A stretch of DNA of 64,000 nucleotides from Elusimicrobiota bacterium (lineage in GTDB: Bacteria > Elusimicrobiota > Elusimicrobia > UBA1565 > UBA9628), in contig DAHXMM010000021.1 of assembly GCA_027371715.1 (NCBI GenBank), positions 18,923 through 82,922 of the forward strand, in the 5' to 3' direction. The stretch's first letter is position 1; each line of letters opens with the position of its first letter. A program made the translations under genes and the position numbers. The notes below the pieces were generated by a model, which was not told the DNA's origin, did no database searches, and was given only the letters and a program-made list of their open reading frames with translations. Positions 1 through 8,889 of the stretch are shown here, piece by piece.

Positions 1-347
1 ACGCGATGGTCAAAAATTCTTTTGGGAAAGTCTCTCCCGAGGAACTCAAGCGTTATATTTTGGCCATGCAGGTTTGGAATGAAACGATGGGCTCAAACGT
101 TGTCAAGCAGAGGCGTTTGGGAAATTCGGTCATGGTCATCGCGGGATTGGGACACATGGTTTACGGGGGCGGAATACCCGAGAGCGTCAAAGCCCGCCTT
201 CAAGGCCAGTCCAGCGCGGTCATTTTACCTTATCCCCCTAATGGAGGCGACCAAAATGAAAGCGAAATTCTCAAAACCCTTTCCAACCCCAATAAAGACG
301 AATCCCAGTGGGCGGATTTTTTCTGGCTTTTGCCCTCAGGAAATTAA
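1..347 (+). CDS. C-terminal fragment of a ChaN-like (Tiki/TraB superfamily, DUF399/heme-binding-uptake type) protein; 5' end lies outside the window
   Basis: Reading frame is open from the window edge to a stop at 345-347. The block VMVIAGLGHMVYGGGIPESVKARL resembles the conserved C-terminal GxGH...GIP motif of ChaN-type proteins. Confidence 0.4.
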   Translation, partial: AMVKNSFGKVSPEELKRYILAMQVWNETMGSNVVKQRRLGNSVMVIAGLGHMVYGGGIPESVKARLQGQSSAVILPYPPNGGDQNESEILKTLSNPNKDESQWADFFWLLPSGN

Positions 348-1384
348 AGGTTTGGCGGCAACGCGGGTTTGATTCGGCGAAAATGAAGATGCGAATGGCC
401 CAACGCGGGAAATTTCCAAATTTTAGAGGTCTCTTTCCCCGCAAAATCCGAGACGACGATCTTAAGGCCCGAAGAACCAACTGGAAAATTGGTTATTTTA
501 GGGAAACGAAAGAGAAACCTGCGGGGGTGGCCCATATCCACCTCGTTCTCCAAAATTTTTCCGTTTGAAAAAGAAAGCGGCGCGATTTGATAAACGGAAG
601 AAACGCCCATAAAAAAGTTTTTCCCGGGCAAATAGTCAAATTTTCTCTTGGCCAATAAAATATTCTTTCCCCCATGGCCTTTGAAAGCCCAAACCGAAAT
701 GGAAGCAGGCGTTGTCTCAACTGTTGAGGGAGAAATCACGTCAAAAGCGTCCACAATCAGGGCCGACACCTTGCTGGTTCGAGAAAGCGGAAAAATCTCA
801 TTTTTATCGTCGGCCAGGACGCGGTTTTTGGAGTCAATTAAATAAAGCCCGCGAATGACCGGAGGTTTATCGGCGGACAACTTTGGGAAAAATCTTAACG
901 GCTCTTGGTAATGCCCGTTTGAACTTATCACATTGATGTGAACATGCGGAAAAATCCCGTAACCCATTTGAGAGGCGTCATAAATTTTTCCCAGAAGGGC
1001 TCCGTCGGAAACAGTTCCTCCTTTTTTTGCCAAATCAAATAGAGAAGCAGGAATCGTTTTTGGATCGAGATGATGGAATTGCCAGACCGTCCCATTTTTT
1101 TGAACAATCGCAATTTGAAAAGTATAGGGAATTTTAATCCGGTAATAGTATCCCAGCGAGATTTTCCCGGAAACCGGCGCGTAGACCGGAGTTCCCGCCG
1201 GTTCCAGAATATCCAAGCCGTGATGAAAGCCAGGCTTGTCTCCGTAAAATTGAAGGGTATAAGCGAGATTTCCAACATGAATAGGCAGACCTTTAACGGG
1301 CCAAGGCACGACGGAAGCGCCGGTCTGAGAGAAAGAAACGACGGGTAAAAATAAGGGGAAAAGTAGAGCGGAGAGAGTTCTCAC
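344..1384 (-). CDS. secreted M23 (LytM-type) zinc metallopeptidase
   Basis: N-terminal signal peptide (LLFPLFLPVVSFSQT). HxxxD (HHGLD) and HxH (HVH) zinc-ligand motifs are present in the order typical of peptidase family M23. Confidence 0.6.
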   Translation of the reverse strand: MRTLSALLFPLFLPVVSFSQTGASVVPWPVKGLPIHVGNLAYTLQFYGDKPGFHHGLDILEPAGTPVYAPVSGKISLGYYYRIKIPYTFQIAIVQKNGTVWQFHHLDPKTIPASLFDLAKKGGTVSDGALLGKIYDASQMGYGIFPHVHINVISSNGHYQEPLRFFPKLSADKPPVIRGLYLIDSKNRVLADDKNEIFPLSRTSKVSALIVDAFDVISPSTVETTPASISVWAFKGHGGKNILLAKRKFDYLPGKNFFMGVSSVYQIAPLSFSNGKILENEVDMGHPRRFLFRFPKITNFPVGSSGLKIVVSDFAGKETSKIWKFPALGHSHLHFRRIKPALPPNL

Positions 1385-2631
1385 CGGGATTGAGAGAGCT
1401 TAAAATCTTCCGGAAATTTTTTCATGAAACCCCGGACCACCATCCCGACAGTGTCCCCCAAGGCGCAGATGACTTTTCCGGTGATGTTCTCGCCCACGCG
1501 CTGAAGATTGGGAAAATCGTCCTCCACTCCTTGGCCGGACATCACCCGCTCTAAAATCCGGGTCGTCCATTCGGAGCCCTCGCGACAGGGCGTGCATTGA
1601 CCGCAGGACTCATGGGCTAAAAAGCGTTCGATGTTGTGCGCCGTTTCCACCATATTCCGGGTCTCATCTAAAACGACAATTCCGCCTGCTCCCAGAAAAG
1701 TTCCCAAGCCCCTCAAACTTTCAAAATCCATCGGGACATCGATTTCAGAAGCGGCAATGGGAGGAGTAGAAGTCCCGCCGGGGATTACGCATTTAAGCGC
1801 GCGTCCGCCTTTGACGCCGCCCGTGGCTTCAATCATCTTTCGCAAAGGAGTTCCCATGGCAAACTCGTAAACTCCCGGCTTTTCAACGTCTCCCGAAATA
1901 GAGAAAAGTCCGGTTCCACCCGTTTTTGCGACCCCGACTTTTGCGAAGGCCTCTCCCCCATCTTTCAGAATATGAGGAAGCATGGCTAAAGTCTCGACAT
2001 TGTTGACCACGGTCGGCTGACCCATCAAACCTTTGACCGTCGGGAAGGGCGGAGGCTGCCGGGGCCAGGCTTTTTTGCCTTCCATCGTTTCAAGAAGAGC
2101 GGTGTCCAAGCCGCAAATATAAGCCCCGGCGCCGCGCATGAGCGAAATACGGCAAGAAAACCCGCTTCCTAAAATATTTTTTCCGATCAACCCCGCATGT
2201 TCCGCTTCGGCGATAGCCTTAGAGAGAATTTGATGTTGAACGGCATATTCACCTCGGATAAAAATAAACCCATCTTCGGCGCCAATCGCATAAGCGGCAA
2301 TTAAAATCCCCTCAAGAACGCTGTGCGGAGATTTAGTCATTAAAACGCGGTCTTTAAAACAGCCCGGTTCGGATTCATCCGCATTCGCCACCACATATCG
2401 AGGCCCCGGCAATTTATCCTTGGGCGGAACGGTCTCCCATTTCATGCCGGTGGCAAAACCCGCGCCGCCAAGCCCTCTCAAATTCGACTTTTTAACCTCG
2501 GCCGTCGCCTCGGCGGGCTTAAGTGAAAGAGCTTTTTTAAGTCCTTCGTAGCCGCCAAATTTTTTATATGTTTCCAACTCATGCAAATTCGGCTCGTCAA
2601 AATGTTTCGTTAAAATTTTAGTCTCGGTCAT
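1381..2631 (-). CDS. nuoF: NADH-quinone oxidoreductase subunit F
   Basis: GLGGAGFATGMKWE (NADH/FMN site) and ESCGQCTPCREG (4Fe-4S) motifs. Start assigned to the internal ATG (MTETKIL), which is preceded by GGAAACC. Its ATG overlaps the TGA of the upstream spacer mini-ORF. Confidence 0.9.
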   Translation of the reverse strand: MTETKILTKHFDEPNLHELETYKKFGGYEGLKKALSLKPAEATAEVKKSNLRGLGGAGFATGMKWETVPPKDKLPGPRYVVANADESEPGCFKDRVLMTKSPHSVLEGILIAAYAIGAEDGFIFIRGEYAVQHQILSKAIAEAEHAGLIGKNILGSGFSCRISLMRGAGAYICGLDTALLETMEGKKAWPRQPPPFPTVKGLMGQPTVVNNVETLAMLPHILKDGGEAFAKVGVAKTGGTGLFSISGDVEKPGVYEFAMGTPLRKMIEATGGVKGGRALKCVIPGGTSTPPIAASEIDVPMDFESLRGLGTFLGAGGIVVLDETRNMVETAHNIERFLAHESCGQCTPCREGSEWTTRILERVMSGQGVEDDFPNLQRVGENITGKVICALGDTVGMVVRGFMKKFPEDFKLSQSR

Positions 2632-2687
2632 GGTTTCCTTTTGCACAGACTCTGGCTCCAACCACTTCCTCGCTTAAGCTCGGTCAT
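2628..2687 (-). repeat. nuo intergenic spacer element, short form (19-codon mini-ORF bridging nuoE stop and nuoF start by ATGA overlaps)
   Basis: Minus-strand sequence ATGACCGAGCTTAAGCGAGGAAGTGGTTGG...AAAAGGAAACCATGA. The 5' and 3' modules are shared with the elements at 6539-6598, 7406-7519 and 8886-8999. Confidence 0.6.
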
Positions 2688-3178
2688 GCCACAATCTCGT
2701 TGATTAAATTTTCGGTCGCCTTGCCTTTTAGCTCTTCGTTAAAGATCACCGCCGGGGCGTGTTCGCAAGCGCCCAAACATTCCATTTCTTCCCAAGAAAA
2801 CTCGCCGTCCGGAGTCGTCTCAAATTCCTTAACCTTTAGTTTTTTCTCAAGGAAATCGGCAATTTTATCTGAACCCGCCATAGCGCAGGAAAGCCCGTGG
2901 CAAAGCCCGATTCTTTTTCTTCCGGTCGGTTTCTTGGTGAAAAGAGGAAAGAAAGTCGCAACCTGATGGACATGGTTTTGAGTTGTGTCAAAGATTTCAG
3001 CTAAATACGCCTCATCTTCCGGGCGCACGCACAAATGCCAGGTTTGGACCTGCCGCATGGCCTCTAAAAGGCCCATAATGGGATGCGGATAGGCCTTTGT
3101 CCAAGACTGAAGAATTTTTTCTTCCTCCGGGGAAAAAGGCGAAGTTTGATTCAAGGATTGCACTGTCAGAGAACTCAT
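2684..3178 (-). CDS. nuoE: NADH-quinone oxidoreductase subunit E (24 kDa, 2Fe-2S)
   Basis: Cys motifs CHGLSC...C..CLGACEHAP characteristic of NuoE/thioredoxin-like [2Fe-2S] subunit. Its ATG overlaps the upstream toxin gene stop (ATGA). Confidence 0.85.
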   Translation of the reverse strand: MSSLTVQSLNQTSPFSPEEEKILQSWTKAYPHPIMGLLEAMRQVQTWHLCVRPEDEAYLAEIFDTTQNHVHQVATFFPLFTKKPTGRKRIGLCHGLSCAMAGSDKIADFLEKKLKVKEFETTPDGEFSWEEMECLGACEHAPAVIFNEELKGKATENLINEIVA

Positions 3179-3567
3179 GGAGATGACCTCATCTTTTTCA
3201 AAGCTCCGTCAAAAGCGGCGACATAATCTTTTTGAGAAATGCTCATAAAAACCTTTTCCGACTCCCCCTCGCTGTAAACATGCGAAGTGATGTTGCGGTC
3301 TTTAAGCATGCTCAGGAAAACGCTCTCGTCCTTGATAATTCCCACTCGAAAAGCCTCTTCAAGGCAATCTTTTGGAAACCGGCAAGAAACGCCCTTATTC
3401 GAGAAATAAACCTTAAGGCTTTTCCAAAAAGCCTCGAAAGTGAACTCAAATCTTTGAACGACGCCGTCTTTCTCAAGCTCCGTCCTCGCGTCTAAAACTC
3501 CTTTTCTTAACGCCGCAAGAGCGTTTTCAAATTTTTTAATCGCCAGTTCTACTTCTTCATGATCCAT
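3175..3567 (-). CDS. hepT: HepT-like toxin, HI0074-family nucleotidyltransferase substrate-binding protein (HEPN superfamily)
   Basis: QRFEFTFEAFWKSLK and KDRNITSHVYSE (RNxxxHxY / Rx4-6H HEPN motif) blocks match the HI0074/TIGR01987 family. Overlaps the upstream MNT gene by 11 nt. Confidence 0.8.
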   Translation of the reverse strand: MDHEEVELAIKKFENALAALRKGVLDARTELEKDGVVQRFEFTFEAFWKSLKVYFSNKGVSCRFPKDCLEEAFRVGIIKDESVFLSMLKDRNITSHVYSEGESEKVFMSISQKDYVAAFDGALKKMRSSP

Positions 3568-3868
3568 AGACGACCATCCCCGTTCGGAGAATCAAATTCC
3601 TAAAATCCGCCTCGACGTCTTTTAAATAAACGACATCCACCTTATAAAGACCCCGCGCCTCGTCCATGCCGTCTTGAATTTTCCACTCAATGTCCTGGGT
3701 GGGCCTAGCCGCATCGACGCCCAAGTCAAAATCCGAACCTGGGAATTCCGTTCCCTTGGCCCGCGATCCGAATAGAATAATCCTTGACGGGGCAAGTTCT
3801 CTGACAAGGATATCCGTCGCTTTTTCAAGCACCTCTTTTTCTCGATAAGAGAATCGGGAGAAATCCAT
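3557..3868 (-). CDS. mntA: MntA-like antitoxin, minimal nucleotidyltransferase (HI0073-like)
   Basis: ILFGSRAKGTEFPGSDFDLGVD contains the GS...D.D nucleotidyltransferase signature. Sits immediately after the nuoD stop (TAAATG) and upstream of the HepT-like gene. Confidence 0.8.
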   Translation of the reverse strand: MDFSRFSYREKEVLEKATDILVRELAPSRIILFGSRAKGTEFPGSDFDLGVDAARPTQDIEWKIQDGMDEARGLYKVDVVYLKDVEADFRNLILRTGMVVYGS

Positions 3869-5188
3869 TTACCGGTCCAATTCTCCCGCGATCATATTGA
3901 CCGAACCAAAAGTCGGAACAATATCGGCCACCCATCCTCCATCGATGATTTTAGAAAGCGCCGCCATGGGGTTTAAGCACGGTGGGCGGCATCTGACGCG
4001 GTAAGGGCGATCTTCTCCGACGCTTACGATGTGAAAACCGAGCTCTCCGTTTCCGCCCTCGACCGCGAAATAAGTTTCTCCCGCGGGAATCCGAACTCCC
4101 CAATTCCACATCACCAGCTCGAAATGATTCATGAGTCCTTCAATGGAACCGTAGGTCTCTTCCTTCGGCGGCAAGACCGCGGAATGATTGGCGGCGCGGG
4201 CAACGCCGACCTCGCTTCGGTCGTAGCCCTCCAAGGTCGCATCCACCTTGGCCTTGTATTTTTTCAAGAGAGCGGTATCGCCTCTTTTACCCGCATCCTG
4301 ATAAACGAAAGCATCTTTCATTTCAGAAACTTCCAAGGAATGTTTACCCTCGGGAATTTGTTTCAGACATTGCTCAATTAAACGCAAGCTTTGCTCGATT
4401 TCAGCCATGCGCACTAAATAGCGATCGTAGTTGTCGCCATTGCGTCCGACGGGAATTTCAAAATCCAAGCGATCGTAAATCAAATAGGGATGCGCGCGCC
4501 GAAGGTCATAAGGAACGCCGGTTGAGCGCAAGAAGGGCCCCGTAATTCCATAAGCGATAGCGTCATTTTGGGAAATGACTCCAACATTTTCCATGCGATC
4601 ACGGAAAATGCGGTTCTTGGTCAGAAGCTTGTCGGAATCAACCACCGCTTCCCGCACTTTTCGAGAGACTTCGCGGAAATTTTCAGCAAAATTTTTGGGC
4701 AAATCGCCTTTAACCCCGCCAACCCGGGTGTAAGAAGTGGTCAACCGCGCCCCGGTCAACTGATCCACCATCTGATACAAAAATTCCCGCGCCTTGATGA
4801 GATAGAGAAAAACCGTGAAAGCCCCGAGTTCCATGGCCGAAGCCCCGACGCAGGTCAAATGATCGGTGACACGGGAAATCTCCGAGGCAATGGTTCGCAA
4901 GTACTGTCCGCGCTCCGGGATTTCGATTCCCGCCAGTTTTTCAACCGCCATGCAGTAGCCGACATTATTAATTAGCGGAGAGACGTAATTAAGACGATCC
5001 GTATAAGGCACGACATTGTTCCAAATCTCATTTTCCGATTGTTTCTCAAAAGCTCGGTGGAGATACCCAATTTCGGCGTCAGAATGGACGATCCTTTCGC
5101 CGTCTAATTCCAAAACCAGGCGAACGACGCCGTGCATGGCCGGATGCTGCGGGCCCATATTCAAAAGAAAGTTTTTTTGCTCAGTCAT
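3869..5188 (-). CDS. nuoD: NADH-quinone oxidoreductase subunit D (49 kDa)
   Basis: N-terminus MTEQKNFLLNMGPQHPAMHGVVRL and overall NuoD/NiFe-hydrogenase large-subunit-like sequence. Internal ATG chosen; it overlaps the HEPN gene stop as ATGA. Confidence 0.9.
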   Translation of the reverse strand: MTEQKNFLLNMGPQHPAMHGVVRLVLELDGERIVHSDAEIGYLHRAFEKQSENEIWNNVVPYTDRLNYVSPLINNVGYCMAVEKLAGIEIPERGQYLRTIASEISRVTDHLTCVGASAMELGAFTVFLYLIKAREFLYQMVDQLTGARLTTSYTRVGGVKGDLPKNFAENFREVSRKVREAVVDSDKLLTKNRIFRDRMENVGVISQNDAIAYGITGPFLRSTGVPYDLRRAHPYLIYDRLDFEIPVGRNGDNYDRYLVRMAEIEQSLRLIEQCLKQIPEGKHSLEVSEMKDAFVYQDAGKRGDTALLKKYKAKVDATLEGYDRSEVGVARAANHSAVLPPKEETYGSIEGLMNHFELVMWNWGVRIPAGETYFAVEGGNGELGFHIVSVGEDRPYRVRCRPPCLNPMAALSKIIDGGWVADIVPTFGSVNMIAGELDR

Positions 5189-5574
5189 TTTACCACTCCC
5201 AAAAACGGCTTGCAAACGGAAACGATGCGCTCCATGGCGTTGACCGCTTCTTCAGCCTCGGAATAAGCGGCAAAAGCCCCAGGATAGCGCAAATCCACTG
5301 AATATTTATTGAGATTATCCATATCTCTAGGATTCAATCGGGTCTCTAAATCTCCAAGCGACTTCGCCAAATCGAAAAGATCATGTATTTTTGAAAACAC
5401 GATGCCCTTAATGACAAGGACAGCTTTAATATATTTCTCCGCGCATTGTTGCGCATGAAAACAAGCGATATCTATCTGGCCGGGATCGGATTTTGCCTCT
5501 TCCAAAGATCGCTTGGCCGCTCGGCGATCAGCTTCAGCCTTGGATATCCACTCCTGAACATACTCATGACTCAT
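5185..5574 (-). CDS. HEPN-domain protein (PF05168-type), predicted toxin of a second HEPN/MNT pair
   Basis: ...CFHAQQCAEKYIKAVLVIKGIVFSKIHDLFDLAKSL...LRYPG matches the classic HEPN domain. Start placed at the internal ATG (MSHEYVQ) because the longer ORF would overlap the MNT gene by 240 nt. The chosen start overlaps the MNT gene by 11 nt. Confidence 0.7.
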   Translation of the reverse strand: MSHEYVQEWISKAEADRRAAKRSLEEAKSDPGQIDIACFHAQQCAEKYIKAVLVIKGIVFSKIHDLFDLAKSLGDLETRLNPRDMDNLNKYSVDLRYPGAFAAYSEAEEAVNAMERIVSVCKPFLGVVK

Positions 5575-5914
5575 AAAGCACTTTTCCGTGAGCAAGAACC
5601 TCTTTAAAAAAATAATCTCCGATTCTAAGTCTTTCCTCAAGCTCACGGGAACTCCGAACCAAAAGATCCAAGGGCCATTCATGAGTTCCGATTGCGCTAC
5701 TGACGAGATGGTAACGCTGAGTCTTGTCCATCGGAGAATCGAGAACGACAAACAAATCCACGTCGCTATCGGGGCCGGGGTTTCCATACGCATGGGAACC
5801 AAAAAGAATCACTTTCTTAGGATGCGTCTTTTCCACGATACGCCCGACCGCGCCCTCTATCCACGCACGCGGATCGGGGCGAAAACGAGCGGCTATTCCT
5901 CTAGGCTCAGTCAT
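5564..5914 (-). CDS. minimal nucleotidyltransferase (MNT) domain protein, predicted antitoxin of the second HEPN/MNT pair
   Basis: ILFGSHAYGNPGPDSDVDLFVV nucleotidyltransferase signature. Start ATGACTGAGCC overlaps the nuoC stop by 8 nt. Confidence 0.75.
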   Translation of the reverse strand: MTEPRGIAARFRPDPRAWIEGAVGRIVEKTHPKKVILFGSHAYGNPGPDSDVDLFVVLDSPMDKTQRYHLVSSAIGTHEWPLDLLVRSSRELEERLRIGDYFFKEVLAHGKVLYES

Positions 5915-6542
5915 ATTTCACCGTGGGCCGAATAATATTAAAGCTCGGACTATTTTCGCGATCACCAGAGGACGGGCCGATCAAAGGCTGCCTCTTGGTA
6001 ATCGGATAATCTTTGCGAAGTGGATGCCCTTGAAACTCTTCGTACATGAGAAGGCGTTTGATGTCGGGGCGGTCAATAAATGAAATTCCAAACATATCCC
6101 AAACTTCTCTCTCCAACCAGTCCGCAATCGGCCATAAACTCATGACCGAACGCAACACTGGAGGGTTTTCCGGAACTCCGCAATGAACATAAACTCGCCC
6201 CAGATCGTCTCCGGTTTTGGGGTCTAATTTCATCACGCGGTAAACAACCTCAAATCTTTCCTGAACCGGAGCTTTAAGACGCGGCTCATCTAAGCTATCT
6301 GTTCCAGGACGATGCGGAGTTCCGTATTCTTCTCCCTCGGCCGAAGCCAGGGGACGTGGGATAATTTGTTGTTGAAGGGGATGCGCCCGTTTCCAAGAAT
6401 CGGTTTTGTCTCCGGAAGAACCGTAGGCGGAATAGTCGACGGCAGTCAAATCAACGAGCATATTGTAGCCTTCGTTTTTAAGTTTCTTAAGAGTCTCAAA
6501 GGCCTCAGAAGCCGAAACCCGAATTTCTTTGATTTCAGTCAT
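5907..6542 (-). CDS. nuoC: NADH-quinone oxidoreductase subunit C (30 kDa)
   Basis: ERFEVVYRVMKLD and REVWDMFGISFIDRPDIKRLL blocks typical of NuoC. Internal ATG (MTEIKEI) after GGAAGGAAACC. Confidence 0.85.
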   Translation of the reverse strand: MTEIKEIRVSASEAFETLKKLKNEGYNMLVDLTAVDYSAYGSSGDKTDSWKRAHPLQQQIIPRPLASAEGEEYGTPHRPGTDSLDEPRLKAPVQERFEVVYRVMKLDPKTGDDLGRVYVHCGVPENPPVLRSVMSLWPIADWLEREVWDMFGISFIDRPDIKRLLMYEEFQGHPLRKDYPITKRQPLIGPSSGDRENSPSFNIIRPTVKYD

Positions 6543-6598
6543 GGTTTCCTTCCGTATGAACCTTTGAGACAACCATTTCCCCGCTTAGGCTCGGTCAT
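6539..6598 (-). repeat. nuo intergenic spacer element, short form (19-codon mini-ORF between nuoB and nuoC)
   Basis: ATGACCGAGCCTAAGCGGGGAAATGGTTG...ACGGAAGGAAACCATGA. The ATG overlaps the nuoB TGA and the TGA overlaps the nuoC ATG. Confidence 0.6.
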
Positions 6599-7071
6599 TT
6601 AATTGTCTCTCCCGCCTGCTTTTCAATTTTCTTTTGAAGAAGCATGAGTCCCTCCAAAACAATTTCAGGACGCGGCGGACACCCGGGAATGTAGACATCA
6701 ACCGGCACAATCGTGTCAATTCCCTGAACGGTTGAGTAATTATTGTAAAAACCACCAGTGCAAGTGCAAACGCCAAAAGCCACCACCCATTTAGGGGCGG
6801 CCATTTGGTCGTAAATACGGCGCAACACCGGGGCAATTTTATGAGAAATTGTTCCCACTACCATCAAACAATCGGCTTGCCGAGGAGAAAACCGCGGAAA
6901 GGCCGCGCCGAAGCGGTCTAAGTCATAATGAGACGCCGCGGTTGACATAAACTCCATTCCGCAACAAGCGGTGACAAAAGGGTATTGAAAAATCGAATAC
7001 TTTCGCGCCCAACCCAAGGCGGCGTCTAGTTGAGTCGTGACGACTCCATCTAAAGCTTCATCTACCGGCAT
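6595..7071 (-). CDS. nuoB: NADH-quinone oxidoreductase subunit B (20 kDa)
   Basis: CCGMEF...GVCTCTGG...GCPPRP cysteine motifs of NuoB. Start placed at the internal ATG (MPVDEA) behind a strong AGGGGGTG RBS. Confidence 0.85.
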   Translation of the reverse strand: MPVDEALDGVVTTQLDAALGWARKYSIFQYPFVTACCGMEFMSTAASHYDLDRFGAAFPRFSPRQADCLMVVGTISHKIAPVLRRIYDQMAAPKWVVAFGVCTCTGGFYNNYSTVQGIDTIVPVDVYIPGCPPRPEIVLEGLMLLQKKIEKQAGETIK

Positions 7072-7409
7072 TCTAACACCCCCTTCGCCCAAAAATATGC
7101 GACCATGAGGGCGGTAATTAAAACAAACAAGGTCACCGAAAAAACGCCCAGCAAGGTCAAATGCGAACGGCTCAGAGCCCATGGAAATAAAAGGGCGAGA
7201 TCGACGTCAAAGACGACAAAGAGAACCGCAAACTTCCAATAAAGAACAGAAATCTTTTCTTCCGCATGCTCAATAGGCGGCATTCCTGTTTCATACGGGA
7301 GATTGCCGTCTCCCTCGTGTTTAGGCGCGGGCCCTAAAAGACGCCCGGCATAAGTCATAATGGTCGCAATCGCGCCCACGACCAAAACATCTAAAATGAG
7401 AGCAATCAT
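7062..7409 (-). CDS. nuoA: NADH-quinone oxidoreductase subunit A
   Basis: Small three-TM protein with the typical NuoA C-terminus (FLLFDVDLAL...). Internal ATG (MIALIL) overlaps the spacer mini-ORF stop. Confidence 0.8.
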   Translation of the reverse strand: MIALILDVLVVGAIATIMTYAGRLLGPAPKHEGDGNLPYETGMPPIEHAEEKISVLYWKFAVLFVVFDVDLALLFPWALSRSHLTLLGVFSVTLFVLITALMVAYFWAKGVLECR

Positions 7410-7519
7410 GGTTTCCTTCCGTACGGACCTTGGATCCAACCATTTCTGACCGAATATAAATAAGGAAATGCCGCTTCCAAATTCCGTTTAAGATAGCGGC
7501 CTCGCTTAAGCTCGGTCAT
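7406..7519 (-). repeat. nuo intergenic spacer element, long form (37-codon mini-ORF between nuoN and nuoA)
   Basis: 112-nt region about 89% identical to 8886-8999. It equals the short form plus a 54-nt in-frame insertion ending in TTCGGTCAG, which is the inverted complement of the 5' TGACCGAG. Confidence 0.6.
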
Positions 7520-8889
7520 CCCAAAACCCTCTGAAACGCCGCTAAAATCCACGGCAAAAATCCGACAACCGCCGAATACGCGGCGCTTAAAGAAACGACC
7601 AGACTAACGGCGCCAGTCCCTACCGCGATTTTTGAATTCGCAACCCCTTCTTCTAAATATATTTCCCGGACAATACGAAGATAATAAACCAAAGCCGCCA
7701 AGGTGGCGAAAGAAGCGACCACTAAGGGAACATAGAGCCCGGCTTTAAAGGCCTGCCAGAAAATGAGAAATTTCGCCAAAAATCCGGCCGTCGGAGGAAT
7801 TCCGGCTAAAGACAAGGCTAAGGTGGCAAAACAAAAGGCCAAAACCGGGCGAGTTTTTCCTAAACCCCTTAAATCTTTCCATTCTGAAACTCCCGTCAAC
7901 TCCAGAAAGAAGAAAGCGCCGTTACTCATAAGAACATAGGAGAAAAGATAAAAGAAAATGGGAAGAGCGTTTTTCTCGTTGGCGCCCAGTAACAGCCACG
8001 CCCCCACTCCCAAAACCAAAACTCCCGCATGTCCTAAAGACGAATAAGCCAAAAGCCGTTGAAGCCGGGTTTGGTTTAAGGCCGCGAAAGCCGCGAAAAT
8101 CATCGTAAAGGCGCCGATAGCCGGAAGAAGAGAAACAAAACTCGCCTGGGAATATTGCCCCAGCCGCATCAAGAGAAAAACTCCGGCGGCCTTAACCGAA
8201 GTAGATAAAAATCCGGAGAGCATGGGTTCGGAAGCTTCATAAACATCGGGTAGCCAAAAATGCCAGGGAACCGCGCCAATTTTAAAAAGAGCCGCAATAG
8301 CCATAAGGCTAAACGCCGCTTGATCCAAGAAAGAGCCATTTCCGGCAAAGGCAAAACCGCCGGTCGCCGAATAATGACAGGCCAGTCCTAAGAGAAAAAA
8401 AGCGGCGCTGACCGATCCGGCAAAGAAATATTTAATGGCGGCTTCCCAAGAAGGCTGCCCTTTCGCCGGATTTAAAGCCACCAAGAGATAAACAGGAAGA
8501 CTCAAAAGCTCAAGCGAAATAAAGAGCATGAAAAGATTCGCCGAAAAAACCAAAAACGTCATTCCCAAAAGGCTTCCTAAAAGCAAAAGAACTGAAACCT
8601 CATCCGTCCAGGTTCCGGCGATAAAAAAAGGAAGCGCCCCTGCGTAAAAGACCCCACACCACGCCTTGGTTAGAGGATCGGCTTGAAGAAGAGTTGAGAT
8701 CGTTCCATTCACAGGATGAAGAAAAACAAATGCGGCCGCAAGAGTTAAGCTCAATAAACCTAGAACTCGAACAAGCCCCACATTGATTTTCTTAAAGAGA
8801 CCGACGCAAGCGACTCCCAATACTCCGCCAAACAAAGAAATCCCCGACCCCAATGGAACGATTCTTAAAAATAAGGAAACTGGGTTCAT
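7516..8889 (-). CDS. nuoN: NADH-quinone oxidoreductase subunit N
   Basis: Multi-TM antiporter-like protein with the WLPDVYEASEP motif typical of NuoN. Internal ATG (MNPVSL). Confidence 0.85.
   Translation of the reverse strand: MNPVSLFLRIVPLGSGISLFGGVLGVACVGLFKKINVGLVRVLGLLSLTLAAAFVFLHPVNGTISTLLQADPLTKAWCGVFYAGALPFFIAGTWTDEVSVLLLLGSLLGMTFLVFSANLFMLFISLELLSLPVYLLVALNPAKGQPSWEAAIKYFFAGSVSAAFFLLGLACHYSATGGFAFAGNGSFLDQAAFSLMAIAALFKIGAVPWHFWLPDVYEASEPMLSGFLSTSVKAAGVFLLMRLGQYSQASFVSLLPAIGAFTMIFAAFAALNQTRLQRLLAYSSLGHAGVLVLGVGAWLLLGANEKNALPIFFYLFSYVLMSNGAFFFLELTGVSEWKDLRGLGKTRPVLAFCFATLALSLAGIPPTAGFLAKFLIFWQAFKAGLYVPLVVASFATLAALVYYLRIVREIYLEEGVANSKIAVGTGAVSLVVSLSAAYSAVVGFLPWILAAFQRVLG

Noticed and set aside
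5575-5802. Long form of the HEPN ORF (205 aa, start at 5802)
   Set aside because: It would overlap the MNT gene by 240 nt in another frame. The HEPN domain begins at the internal ATG (5574), which gives the canonical 11-nt antitoxin/toxin overlap.
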